Source: a virus (taxonomy: Duplodnaviria > Heunggongvirae > Uroviricota > Caudoviricetes). Taken from it: a stretch of 64,000 nt of DNA. The position numbers and the translations under genes were made by a program. Below are positions 36,048 to 47,878 of this stretch, piece by piece. The notes under the pieces are model-generated. The model was not told the origin of the DNA. It saw nothing but the letters and a program-made list of their open reading frames with translations, and did no database searches. Positions within the stretch are counted from its first letter, which is position 1; each line of letters begins with the position of its first letter. The stretch lies in the IMG/VR virus record IMGVR_UViG_3300031133_000383, positions 186,635 to 250,634 of that record; one strand, given 5' to 3'.

Positions 36048-37322
36048 ATGAAAAAGTTTAAATTTTTACCATTGATATTGATTATACATACAGTAAGTTA
36101 TGCTGACTACACTGTTATCTATCCACTTACAAATGCCTCTATAACTATATCACAAAAACCGCCTAGTTATACTGATTGGGTTTCTGTCGGCAGCCCCTAT
36201 AATTGTGCATCCGCAAGTCCTATGGAAAATACAATTAATGAAGGTATTTCATATACCAAAAATTTTACTAATTGTGACCAAAACCAAGAAAGAAAAAAGA
36301 CGATAGGGTCAGTTGTCACTAATGAACAGCGTACCGTTTCTGGTATCAATTATCAAACTCAAAGTGTAGGTACAAAAAAATATATCCCAACCTATACTGA
36401 TTGGGTAAATGTGGATAATGCTTATAACTGTGCTTCTGCGACTCCTATGGAAAACACTGTCAATGAAGGCGTTGCTTATACAAAAACATTTAGTGATTGC
36501 AGTCAAAATCAAGAAAGAACAAAGACACTAAACTCCGTGGTTACCATAGAACAACGTACTGTTTCTGGCATCACTTATCAATCTCAAAGTGTAGGTACAA
36601 AAAAATCTGTTCCTACCTATACTGATTGGACCAACGTTGGTGGAGCTTATAATTGTAATCAAAATCCTAAAGAAGACACTATTGATGAAGGAGTGAGTTA
36701 CACAAAAACTTTTAGTGAATGTAGTCAAGATCAGGAAAGAACAAAAACATTAGATTCCACAGTTTCTGTAGAAAAACGCACTATTCCAGCACCTAGTTAT
36801 CAAACCCAAAGTGTTGGAACAAAAGTAGCTGTTGCAACTTATACAGAATGGGCAAAATCAGGAACTCCATACAATTGCAAAAATATTGGACCTATGGAAG
36901 ATACATTTAATGAAGGAACAGTGTTTACAAAAAATTACAATGATTGCAGTCAGGATTACACTCGAACTAAGACATATAAAGGTGTCAACACAACTGAGAG
37001 TCAAACGTTACAGGGATTTAATTATTCTGTTCAAAGCGTAGGTACACGATCAGTAACAGAATGTGCTCCTTATGCGACTAACAATAATTATCGTTGGATT
37101 GACGTTGCCAAACAACAGCTTGGTACACCTAATTATAAATATGAATTATGGTGGAATGGCAAAGCATTGGCTTTCTTAACAGATAAACCTGTTACCACTG
37201 CAGCGGATAAAACTTTTACCACAGGTGGTTATGTGTATAGTCGTGGAGAATATAAAGAAAGTACAGTAAGAAATAGCGATTATAAATACTTCTATTATCA
37301 AGTGTGTAGAAAACCTGTCTAA
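36048..37322 (+). CDS. Secreted Cys-repeat protein, 4 repeats plus conserved C-terminal domain (tandem paralog 1 of 4)
   Basis: Signal peptide MKKFKFLPLILIIHTVSYA|DY. Four ~74-aa repeats of YT[DE]W..G..YNC....P.E.T..EG..YTK.F..CSQ.QERTKT. Start chosen by promoter-to-ATG spacing homology with the paralogs; ATG 36039 is an alternative. Confidence 0.75.
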   Translation: MKKFKFLPLILIIHTVSYADYTVIYPLTNASITISQKPPSYTDWVSVGSPYNCASASPMENTINEGISYTKNFTNCDQNQERKKTIGSVVTNEQRTVSGINYQTQSVGTKKYIPTYTDWVNVDNAYNCASATPMENTVNEGVAYTKTFSDCSQNQERTKTLNSVVTIEQRTVSGITYQSQSVGTKKSVPTYTDWTNVGGAYNCNQNPKEDTIDEGVSYTKTFSECSQDQERTKTLDSTVSVEKRTIPAPSYQTQSVGTKVAVATYTEWAKSGTPYNCKNIGPMEDTFNEGTVFTKNYNDCSQDYTRTKTYKGVNTTESQTLQGFNYSVQSVGTRSVTECAPYATNNNYRWIDVAKQQLGTPNYKYELWWNGKALAFLTDKPVTTAADKTFTTGGYVYSRGEYKESTVRNSDYKYFYYQVCRKPV

Positions 37323-37325
37323 CTT

Positions 37326-37358
37326 AAAAAACACTCTTTTTCGAAAGGGTGTTTTTTT
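37326..37358 (+). terminator. Intrinsic terminator after paralog 1
   Basis: ACACTCTTT-TTCG-AAAGGGTGT followed by a T-run. Confidence 0.75.
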
Positions 37359-37439
37359 ATAAACGTCTATTATTCAATAAAAATTTTGACATTATAATTA
37401 TTTTTGATATTATAATGTTAATACAACAATAAATATATT

Positions 37440-38273
37440 ATGACACATTTCAAGCTTTTACCTCTTTTGCTTTTTGTACAAACCATTAGTTATGCTGACT
37501 ACACTGTTATTTATCCATTAGCCGATTCTTCAATTTCAATAAAGCATAAAATTGAACCATCATTGCCGACCTATACAGAATGGGCATCCGTAGGCGAACC
37601 CTATAATTGTACGTATTCAACACCAAAAGAGGATACAATTGAAGAAGATACCGTATATACGAAAACTTTTAGTAATTGTACTCAAAAACAATCAAGAACA
37701 AAAACACTAGATTCGAATGTTACTACAGAGGAACGTACTATTTCTGGCGTACAATACCAAGCTCAAAGTATAGGTACAAAATTGGCTGTCGCTACTTACA
37801 CAGAATGGGCTATATCTGGTAAACCTTATGATTGTAAATCAGCTAGCCCTATGGAAGATGCCTTTACGGAAGGAACTGTCTTCACAAAACACTATACTGA
37901 TTGTAGCCAGAATTTAACTAGGATTAAAACCTACAAAGGTGTACAAACAACTGAAAGTAAAGTGGCGACCGGTTATGGATATGATGCTGAAAGCGTTGGA
38001 ACACGATCTGTGACTGAATGTATGACTCGATCTACTGATTATTATTGGATCGATGCAGCTAAACAACCGCTTGGATCACCCAACTATAAATATAATATAA
38101 AATGGAACAAGTCAACTTTGGCCAGTTATACATCAAAAGTCAATAACAACCCAGCAGATACAAGTTTTACCTCAGACGGTTATATTTATAGTCGTGGAAC
38201 CTACAGATCAACAACTTTACGATTTGAGGATTATAAATACTTTTATTATGACATATGCAGAAAACCTATTTAA
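37440..38273 (+). CDS. Secreted Cys-repeat protein, 2 repeats plus C-terminal domain (tandem paralog 2)
   Basis: Own TTGACA / TATAAT promoter at about 37386-37420. Signal peptide MTHFKLLPLLLFVQTISYA|DY. C-terminus is ...YKYFYYDICRKPI. Confidence 0.75.
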   Translation: MTHFKLLPLLLFVQTISYADYTVIYPLADSSISIKHKIEPSLPTYTEWASVGEPYNCTYSTPKEDTIEEDTVYTKTFSNCTQKQSRTKTLDSNVTTEERTISGVQYQAQSIGTKLAVATYTEWAISGKPYDCKSASPMEDAFTEGTVFTKHYTDCSQNLTRIKTYKGVQTTESKVATGYGYDAESVGTRSVTECMTRSTDYYWIDAAKQPLGSPNYKYNIKWNKSTLASYTSKVNNNPADTSFTSDGYIYSRGTYRSTTLRFEDYKYFYYDICRKPI

Positions 38274-38398
38274 CTTATAATAAAAAGCACATTGTGGGAT
38301 ATGCTTTTTTATTAATTATTATTTCTATTATTCAATAATTTATTTTGACATCATATTAATTTTTGATATTATAATATTAATACAATAATAAATATATT

Positions 38399-39232
38399 AT
38401 GACACATTTCAAGCTTTTACCTCTTTTGCTTTTTGTACAAACCATTAGTTATGCTGACTACACTGTTATTTATCCATTAACCGATTCTTCAATTTTAATA
38501 AAGAATAAAATTGTACCATCAGTGCCTACCTACACAGAATGGGCATCCGTAGGCGAACCTTATAATTGTGCATCATCAAATCCACAAGAATATAATGTGG
38601 ATGAAGGTGTAACCTATACTAAGACTTTTAATGATTGCATACAAAAACAAGAAAGAACGAAAACATTAGACAAAGAGATTACCACTGAATCTCGTACTAT
38701 TTCTATTTCGCAATATAAAGTTCAAAGTATTGGAACAAAGGTAGCTATACCTAGTTATACCGAATGGACTAATTCTGGTAGTGCTTATAACTGTCAATCC
38801 GTTAGCCCTATGGAAGATACTATTTCAAAAGGAAAAGAATATACAAAAAATTATACCAACTGCAGTATTAATCAAACTAGAACAAAAACACTTAATAATG
38901 TTAAAAATACTGAGACACGAGTTGCTGATGGGTATTCATACTCTATTCAAAGTGTTGGAACAAGAAATGATGAAGAATGTTTAAAATTTTCAAATTCTAG
39001 TCGTTGGGTAGATTATGCAAAAACACCACTTACTGCACCTAATTACAAATATCAAGTAGTATGGAATGGTAATGTATATGCTTCTTTTTCAAATTTACCA
39101 GAAAAAACCAATGTAGACATGAGTTTTACTTCAGGAATCTATGTATACACTCGTGGAACCTATCAATATTCGCAAAAAGTTGATAAGGATTATCAATATT
39201 TTTATTATGAATTATGTAGAAAGCCTATTTAA
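38399..39232 (+). CDS. Secreted Cys-repeat protein (tandem paralog 3)
   Basis: The first 60 nt of the CDS and the promoter are nearly identical to paralog 2; the remainder is diverged. C-terminus is ...YQYFYYELCRKPI. Confidence 0.75.
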   Translation: MTHFKLLPLLLFVQTISYADYTVIYPLTDSSILIKNKIVPSVPTYTEWASVGEPYNCASSNPQEYNVDEGVTYTKTFNDCIQKQERTKTLDKEITTESRTISISQYKVQSIGTKVAIPSYTEWTNSGSAYNCQSVSPMEDTISKGKEYTKNYTNCSINQTRTKTLNNVKNTETRVADGYSYSIQSVGTRNDEECLKFSNSSRWVDYAKTPLTAPNYKYQVVWNGNVYASFSNLPEKTNVDMSFTSGIYVYTRGTYQYSQKVDKDYQYFYYELCRKPI

Positions 39233-39340
39233 TTTTTATCAATAAATAATAATAAATGTTAAGTATTATATTAAATATTTTGATATTGTAGAACTTGGTG
39301 GTATTATAATAATAGAACAATAATTATATATTTAACCTCT

Positions 39341-40198
39341 ATGAATTTTTTTAAATTACTACCTTTGATTTTTGCAATACAATCAATCAGCTATGCTGAT
39401 TATACAGTCATTTATCCTTTGGATAGTTATCTTCTTAGTATAAAAAATAAAGTTGTAACCAATCCTGATGACGGCTCTGAACAATCTGTCTATACAGAAT
39501 GGTCATCCAATACAGATCCATACGATTGTGCAAAAATTTCGCCACTTTCAGAAACTATTGACGAAGGGGTATCCTTTACTAAAACATTTTCCAACTGTCT
39601 GCAAGACCAAACACGAACAAAAACTTTAAATTCTAAAATATCTATTGAGCATCGGACTGTTCAGGGTGTAGGTTATACAACTCAAAGTATAGGAACAAAG
39701 AAAGCCGTGGCTACTTATACAGAGTGGGTCAGATCAGGTGTACCTTATAAATGTGAGTTTATTGGGCCGATGGAAGATACTGTTGTGGAAGGATCTGCAT
39801 ATACCAAGACTTATAAAAATTGTAGTGCGGATTTTATCAGAACTAAAACACTCAGTGGTGTTGAAACAACTGAAAGTAAGGTCGTCACTGGTTATGAATA
39901 TTCTGTTCAAAGTATTGGAACTCTATCAGGAACAGAATGCTTGGTTTATAACGATACCACTAGTCAGAGTCGTTGGATTGATGCTGCTAAAACAGAGATG
40001 TCGGCTCCCAATTATAAATATGAGCTAACATGGAAAGGAAAATATATAGCAAACTTTACATCATCTACTGTCAATGTGGTTGATAACAGTTTTACAAAGG
40101 ATGGTTATATTTATAGTCGTGGAAAGTTTTTTTCTCGCTATGACCGTAATTTTGGCTATTATTATTTTGCCTATCAAGTGTGTAGAAAACCTGTTTGA
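39341..40198 (+). CDS. Secreted Cys-repeat protein (tandem paralog 4)
   Basis: Signal peptide MNFFKLLPLIFAIQSISYA|DY. Two repeats. C-terminus is ...YYYFAYQVCRKPV. Confidence 0.75.
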   Translation: MNFFKLLPLIFAIQSISYADYTVIYPLDSYLLSIKNKVVTNPDDGSEQSVYTEWSSNTDPYDCAKISPLSETIDEGVSFTKTFSNCLQDQTRTKTLNSKISIEHRTVQGVGYTTQSIGTKKAVATYTEWVRSGVPYKCEFIGPMEDTVVEGSAYTKTYKNCSADFIRTKTLSGVETTESKVVTGYEYSVQSIGTLSGTECLVYNDTTSQSRWIDAAKTEMSAPNYKYELTWKGKYIANFTSSTVNVVDNSFTKDGYIYSRGKFFSRYDRNFGYYYFAYQVCRKPV

Positions 40199-40280
40199 GT
40201 CAACTATAAAATTGTTGACATTTAAAAAAAGCTTTGTTATATTCAATTCTTAAAATTAATAAACAAAAGAGGAATACACC

Positions 40281-40436
40281 ATGGCTAAGATAACAGTTTA
40301 TACCAAGAGCGAACGTAAAGAACGTGATGTTGAGTTAGCATGGAGACAGAGAGAAGCTGCTTTCAATCCAAAAATCTCGAAAGAAAAAGCTTGGGAACGA
40401 TTTGAACAATTACGTGAAAAAGCTCTTGGCTATTAA
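40281..40436 (+). CDS. Small basic hypothetical protein (51 aa), below the ORF-track size cut-off
   Basis: TTGACA, 17-nt spacer, TATATT promoter (about 40214-40242). AGAGGA RBS. ORF MAKITVYTKSERKERDVELAWRQREAAFNPKISKEKAWERFEQLREKALGY. Terminator AAGCAAC-TTTCAT-GTTGCTT at 40451-40470. Confidence 0.55.
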   Translation: MAKITVYTKSERKERDVELAWRQREAAFNPKISKEKAWERFEQLREKALGY

Positions 40437-40495
40437 CCTTACTATAATTAAAAAGCAACTTTCATGTTGCTTTTCTTCATTTGGGGCACTGATAT

Positions 40496-41062
40496 ATGCA
40501 TGATATTTCAACACTCAAAAATCCTTCATTACTCTTTGCTGGTTTACTCAATGTGTATCGAGACATTGGTTTGGCTGATTTGGATGTTGCTGATGAAGAA
40601 ATTATTCAGCAAAATATATTGGTTATACAAGAATTGGTAAAATCTCCACACAATAGTTCTATTCCTTTTATCTTGACAAACTCTACTGTTTCTTTGTTGT
40701 CAAAACAAAACAGTGTTCGTCTAACAGGAAATAATTCATCGTTATTATTTAAAATCAAAACCATCCTTTCCACTCAATCTTTCTATATGTCATTGGACAA
40801 AGATAATGAACAAAAAATAAAGTTAATAAAATTTCATAAAAATAATATTCATGATATTGCTTCATATGAATATGTGTATATTACCTTAGACGAATTTCTG
40901 GTTCTTCTGAAAGACCTATTGCTGAATGAGCTTTTCACTATTATCAACAACTCATTTAAGCAAACCAATACTATGGACTTTTTTAGTTTTGAAGATTTTA
41001 TAGCATTACCAGCCTCTACTCGACGCCAGTATATTAACTTGTATCATATGAATACTATTTGA
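40496..41062 (+). CDS. Hypothetical protein, C-terminal-tail paralog family
   Basis: 188 aa. C-terminus is ...LPASTRRQYINLYHMNTI. Confidence 0.7.
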   Translation: MHDISTLKNPSLLFAGLLNVYRDIGLADLDVADEEIIQQNILVIQELVKSPHNSSIPFILTNSTVSLLSKQNSVRLTGNNSSLLFKIKTILSTQSFYMSLDKDNEQKIKLIKFHKNNIHDIASYEYVYITLDEFLVLLKDLLLNELFTIINNSFKQTNTMDFFSFEDFIALPASTRRQYINLYHMNTI

Positions 41063-41110
41063 ATTTATCCTCAATTTATGAGATAATCGGTACAATTCAG
41101 AGGATTTATC

Positions 41111-41701
41111 ATGCAGGATTTAAAATTATTAGATTATACAATCGTAACAGATTTTCTAACAAAAGCATTTGATTTGGGTGTTGAGTTATGTGCTTTTGAA
41201 GACCATAAATTTTCAGTCAATGCAGTTATTGAACAAATTATCTTGAATGGGTTTACACAATACACAGCAAGCAATCAAAGTCGTTTTCAACGGTTAACTT
41301 ACCGTAAAGCGTATCGTAAAAAATCAAGTAGCGGTTTGCTGGCTAATACATCCGTGGTTAATCATAAATTCTTTACTCCTGAGTTTTTTGAAGGTCAGCC
41401 TCTTTTTCTACATTTATCTTGGCCAGTGCATTTACATTTTCGTAAAGATATTTATTTTGATTTAAAAAATCAGGAAATTTATGAAGATGTTAAGAACATA
41501 AGAAAAGAAGTTGTCAGTTATTTTAAAAGTGATATTGATACAATTTTAAATGAATGTTCAGAGCGTCATTATAGTGGTTTGCATATATCGTTTACTAATG
41601 CAATTGAAGATTTTTCGCTTAAACGTAAAGATATGATGAGTATGCCAATCGATGATATTAATCGCTACATGACACTGGCTGATATGATAACAACTGTTTG
41701 A
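41111..41701 (+). CDS. Hypothetical protein, C-terminal-tail paralog family
   Basis: AGAGGA RBS. C-terminus is ...MPIDDINRYMTLADMITTV. Confidence 0.7.
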   Translation: MQDLKLLDYTIVTDFLTKAFDLGVELCAFEDHKFSVNAVIEQIILNGFTQYTASNQSRFQRLTYRKAYRKKSSSGLLANTSVVNHKFFTPEFFEGQPLFLHLSWPVHLHFRKDIYFDLKNQEIYEDVKNIRKEVVSYFKSDIDTILNECSERHYSGLHISFTNAIEDFSLKRKDMMSMPIDDINRYMTLADMITTV

Positions 41702-41713
41702 GGTTGGGCATTT

Positions 41714-42538
41714 ATGAATAATAAATTTTTATCCGTATTCAAGTCTTATTACTCTGCCAAACTTGAGCAATATGGTTTTTACACAAACAACATTGTTGAA
41801 AAAAATTATACATCTAATCTTGGCGAAGTCCTACTTCTTCAAATTGAAAATGTTAACTCTGACCTATTGTGTGTTGAATTTATTTCAAATCAGTATTCTA
41901 AATATAAAAATTCGTATCGTATTTTTTTTATTTTTCAAGATAGCACGCTTAGTCCTGATGATAAGAATATAAGGGTCAACCATTATTCAACCGCCATTTT
42001 TGGTTTTGACTTTGATAACATACATCAATTGCTGCTGTCTTATTTTCGGGCAGGTCTGGAAAAGAAAATTTTCGTTTGCACAGATCCTTTAATATTAAAC
42101 AATATACCCAGTTCTTTTATTGTTGATCATAGCGATTCTACATCATATTTAGCATCAAAACATAATATAATTTTAAAAGGATTAGAGTATAATCCTTTAT
42201 TAAGAGGTATTATTAAAAATAACAAACCTACTGTTAGCTTAAAGATTGTTTTCAATTTCGATAATGGCTTTGGTCAAGCAACAGTAGCAACCTTCAAATA
42301 CATTAAAAAACATAATTATAATATTATTTCAGCCAATGATATCGACAAAAAAGAAACTGCAAAAATTATTCATTTTAATAATGAATTTACACGGTTGAGT
42401 TTTTTGCAAGCAGAATGTGAAATGGTGATACAACAACAACTTGATGATTTATTAAACAATAATGTAGTTGATTTAACCATGATTTCACAAATAGATTTTG
42501 ATAATATTGTCTTAACAAAAAGAATGGCGGATTATTGA
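41714..42538 (+). CDS. Hypothetical protein, C-terminal-tail paralog family
   Basis: GAGG RBS. C-terminus is ...IDFDNIVLTKRMADY. Confidence 0.7.
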   Translation: MNNKFLSVFKSYYSAKLEQYGFYTNNIVEKNYTSNLGEVLLLQIENVNSDLLCVEFISNQYSKYKNSYRIFFIFQDSTLSPDDKNIRVNHYSTAIFGFDFDNIHQLLLSYFRAGLEKKIFVCTDPLILNNIPSSFIVDHSDSTSYLASKHNIILKGLEYNPLLRGIIKNNKPTVSLKIVFNFDNGFGQATVATFKYIKKHNYNIISANDIDKKETAKIIHFNNEFTRLSFLQAECEMVIQQQLDDLLNNNVVDLTMISQIDFDNIVLTKRMADY

Positions 42539-42540
42539 TC

Positions 42541-43287
42541 ATGACTATTATAGAATCATATCCTTTTATTAATCAGCAAATTATTTCTTTTTTTAAAGAG
42601 CAGTTTAATTTGAAAGTACACACTGAGCTAAAGGTTTCTCTCAGTACGCAGATTTTTGTATTTGACTCGTTTAATAAAAAAACAATATTTAATATCTACT
42701 GTTCTCAAACGAAATTAGGAAAATTGCTTTATACGTTTTACATATTGGATAGAGAATCAAGTATTTATTTAACGACATTCACACAATTTTATATGCTAAG
42801 TACATCAAAAGAAATGAATGCTTATTTTGACATAATAAAGCAAGTAGGTAACTCATTAGGTTTTCCTCTTGATTTATCAGTGAGATCCTTTGAAGAATTG
42901 AATTCAACAATTAAACCTAAGATTTATAATAATTCTTTAATGGTATTATGCGATCAACAAGTTGGTTATGACAAAAAAATGAAATACAATTACAATATAT
43001 ATTCCAGTTTTTCTTTTGAATTCAACACTGATCATATTGATGTTATTAGAATTCTTTACTATGATGCACCACATGGTAAGAATTTTGCACTTTGTTTACA
43101 TTCTGATGGTACACTTTTCGACAATGACTTGATTGTATTCGAAGAAAATATTCGAGGTTTTTTCCGTGAAGAAATAATTCGACGTTTAGTGAATGTATTG
43201 TATTATGATATTAAAGATTTACGTGATTTCTCGGACGCTGAGTTGGCAATTCACCTGCCTTTGATTGAAATAATTGATTTTTCATGA
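42541..43287 (+). CDS. Hypothetical protein, C-terminal-tail paralog family (Ile variant of the tail)
   Basis: ATG 42541 lies just after the upstream stop. C-terminus is ...FSDAELAIHLPLIEIIDFS. Confidence 0.65.
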   Translation: MTIIESYPFINQQIISFFKEQFNLKVHTELKVSLSTQIFVFDSFNKKTIFNIYCSQTKLGKLLYTFYILDRESSIYLTTFTQFYMLSTSKEMNAYFDIIKQVGNSLGFPLDLSVRSFEELNSTIKPKIYNNSLMVLCDQQVGYDKKMKYNYNIYSSFSFEFNTDHIDVIRILYYDAPHGKNFALCLHSDGTLFDNDLIVFEENIRGFFREEIIRRLVNVLYYDIKDLRDFSDAELAIHLPLIEIIDFS

Positions 43288-43331
43288 TTTTTTCTATATA
43301 CTTATAAAGTTTTGTACAGGGAAAAAATAAA

Positions 43332-44057
43332 ATGAGTGAACTCACCGATATTCCAAAATTTATAGGGATTTTCTTTGACAAGTATAACAATGGCAAAATT
43401 GGTATACAATTAAAAAAAGAACACTATAATAACGTTGTTTGTGTTGAAACTAATAAAGGAAAACCTATCTTAAAACTATCCGAATATGTTACTCGTTCTC
43501 CATATCCTTGTTTTTATGTTTCTTGTCACTATGTAAAAGATCAGCATTTTATTACAAGATTAATAAGAGAATACAGTATTGAAGATAAAGAAATGTTTCT
43601 TTTTATGATTGATACCATCAAAACAGCATTAGTTAAGCTAGGTCTAGCCACTGATGTAAAGATAAATCCAAAGATATTTACAGCTAGATTAGATTTTAAC
43701 AGATACAGTAATGGATATGTCGTCAAGGATATTGAATGTTTTTCAATTATTGATAATAATTCAACAACTATTATTTATCAAAATTTTAATTTTTCTATTT
43801 TTGAAGACAAGGTTTATTTAATTCGAACATTTCATTTCAACTATTTAATGCAAGAGTATGTTTTTGATGTGTTTAGTCACTTTGTTGACCGTGAGCAATC
43901 ATTCAATACCATCAAGCAAAATATTTATAGCAACTTTCGACAAAAGATGATTGAACATATTTCTCAAATAATGAAAATACCAAAAGAAGAATTTGCAGAT
44001 TTTTCAGACGAACATTTAGCTGATTCGTATAAGCTTTGTAACATGTATAGTTATTGA
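43332..44057 (+). CDS. Hypothetical protein, C-terminal-tail paralog family
   Basis: 241 aa. C-terminus is ...FSDEHLADSYKLCNMYSY. Confidence 0.7.
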   Translation: MSELTDIPKFIGIFFDKYNNGKIGIQLKKEHYNNVVCVETNKGKPILKLSEYVTRSPYPCFYVSCHYVKDQHFITRLIREYSIEDKEMFLFMIDTIKTALVKLGLATDVKINPKIFTARLDFNRYSNGYVVKDIECFSIIDNNSTTIIYQNFNFSIFEDKVYLIRTFHFNYLMQEYVFDVFSHFVDREQSFNTIKQNIYSNFRQKMIEHISQIMKIPKEEFADFSDEHLADSYKLCNMYSY

Positions 44058-44096
44058 TTTATTGTCTTTAATGCTGTATGATTAGCAAATATTTGA

Positions 44097-46200
<2,104 letters not shown>

Positions 46201-46262
46201 TATTTACAATGTTATGTGTTATCATTATTTCTTTTTATTGAAATATAAAAGGTCAATGAATT

Positions 46263-47039
46263 ATGGCAAATACACAAGAGAAAGATTTCTTAATGCTTAT
46301 CAAAGCTTTGTCTGCCCATACTGGTGAACGGTATCAGCATCACAATCAAGGATCTTCTTTGTTGATCAAAAGTAATAAAGAAGATATTTCATTTGTTAAA
46401 TTTGGTTATGACAGAGTGTTGAGAGCGTTCAATTCAATTCAATTTACCGATGCAACGCCAAACAATATAAAAGAAATATTTATTGTTCCCACCGAACTTA
46501 AAATTATTCAATCCATCGTTGACGGTTTTTTCAATCACCCACTTGTAAAAAGTGTTTTTATTAATCCTCTTATCGCATCTATCAATACTCCTATGGTTTC
46601 TTTTAATAACATAGGGATACCTGCACATAGTCGGCTAGCTCTGAAAAAGCAATTTTCATACCGTAACGCATTGAATGAGTTTACATTAGAAAAACACATT
46701 ACAGCAACTGCTGCACTAGATATTGTTTTGGAAGTGAAATTGAAATTCAATATTTCAAAAATTGGCTGTTTCGAGTTTTTATATAACCCTATTGATAAAC
46801 AAATTAAATTGATTTCAAATATTGTCTACATTGACAGTAGACCTCAATATATATATTGTGATAGACTTCCAATGAGTGAAGAATGCTTAAAATCAAAAAT
46901 GATCGATTGGTTAAATAAAATTTCCGAACCTGTATTTATACATTTATTGTATGCACATCGTTTGAATATAACAGATGTTAGTTTTAACAAACAAAACATA
47001 CAAGAAAGTTTTTTAATGTTGGAGATAGTAATTGACTGA
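46263..47039 (+). CDS. Hypothetical protein, C-terminal-tail paralog family (Ile variant)
   Basis: AAAAGG RBS. C-terminus is ...NIQESFLMLEIVID. Confidence 0.6.
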   Translation: MANTQEKDFLMLIKALSAHTGERYQHHNQGSSLLIKSNKEDISFVKFGYDRVLRAFNSIQFTDATPNNIKEIFIVPTELKIIQSIVDGFFNHPLVKSVFINPLIASINTPMVSFNNIGIPAHSRLALKKQFSYRNALNEFTLEKHITATAALDIVLEVKLKFNISKIGCFEFLYNPIDKQIKLISNIVYIDSRPQYIYCDRLPMSEECLKSKMIDWLNKISEPVFIHLLYAHRLNITDVSFNKQNIQESFLMLEIVID

Positions 47040-47868
47040 TAATACTGTGTTGAACAACTTAAAGGAATTTTTTATAGCTTATTTAAAAACTAATCATCAC
47101 CTTGATGTTGTTAAAACAGCTATTAAACATAAGGTGAATAATGGTCGTTCTGATGTGATTAAATTTATCATTAAGGATTTGACTATCAGTCCGCACAATA
47201 GATATGTATTGGTTTATGTAGATCGCTATAATAAAGGTTTTATTGATATATCGACGAACATAGATAAAATTTTTTTGATCACAATGTATAATGATTTCTT
47301 GTCACCTTATCTCTATAAGGAGATAGATGTCTTCAAAAAAACATTACAATTTATTTCAGATAAATTTATATTGTTTGATTCTATGGACTATGATATTGGC
47401 GAAGAGTATGGACATATTAAACATGCGACTTCAAAAGAATTTAGTGAGCAATATTTTAATATGTCTAGTTTATTGATTACCAAACTTCCTATCAATACAG
47501 ATGTATATCCCAAATGGAAAAATTGTTATATCACCAGTCAACTACAATTTATTTATAACAATGATAAATTAGTGGCCTTTCCTGTTATTTCACTCCACTT
47601 AGGCAATATCTATCATGCTCAGAAATTAAAAAACAATTCAATTGTCGCTGTGTCTTCTAATGAAGAAATCATATCGATTGAATTAAGCTTACGCAAGAAT
47701 TTTTCTAGTCATGTCTCAAAATTCGTTAGTATTTTTGAAAATTTGTTATACAATGATTTCTATAAAGCTCTAGGCCAATTTTTCAACATCAGTCTTGAAG
47801 ATATTAAACAAAGCACTGCCCAAGATCTAGAAGCCTATGCAACTGTATTACGTATAAAATATACATGA
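47032..47868 (+). CDS. Hypothetical protein, C-terminal-tail paralog family (Ile variant)
   Basis: TTG start 7 nt after GGAG; overlaps the upstream gene by 8 nt. C-terminus is ...STAQDLEAYATVLRIKYT. Confidence 0.6.
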   Translation: MTDNTVLNNLKEFFIAYLKTNHHLDVVKTAIKHKVNNGRSDVIKFIIKDLTISPHNRYVLVYVDRYNKGFIDISTNIDKIFLITMYNDFLSPYLYKEIDVFKKTLQFISDKFILFDSMDYDIGEEYGHIKHATSKEFSEQYFNMSSLLITKLPINTDVYPKWKNCYITSQLQFIYNNDKLVAFPVISLHLGNIYHAQKLKNNSIVAVSSNEEIISIELSLRKNFSSHVSKFVSIFENLLYNDFYKALGQFFNISLEDIKQSTAQDLEAYATVLRIKYT

Positions 47869-47878
47869 GGATTTATTG

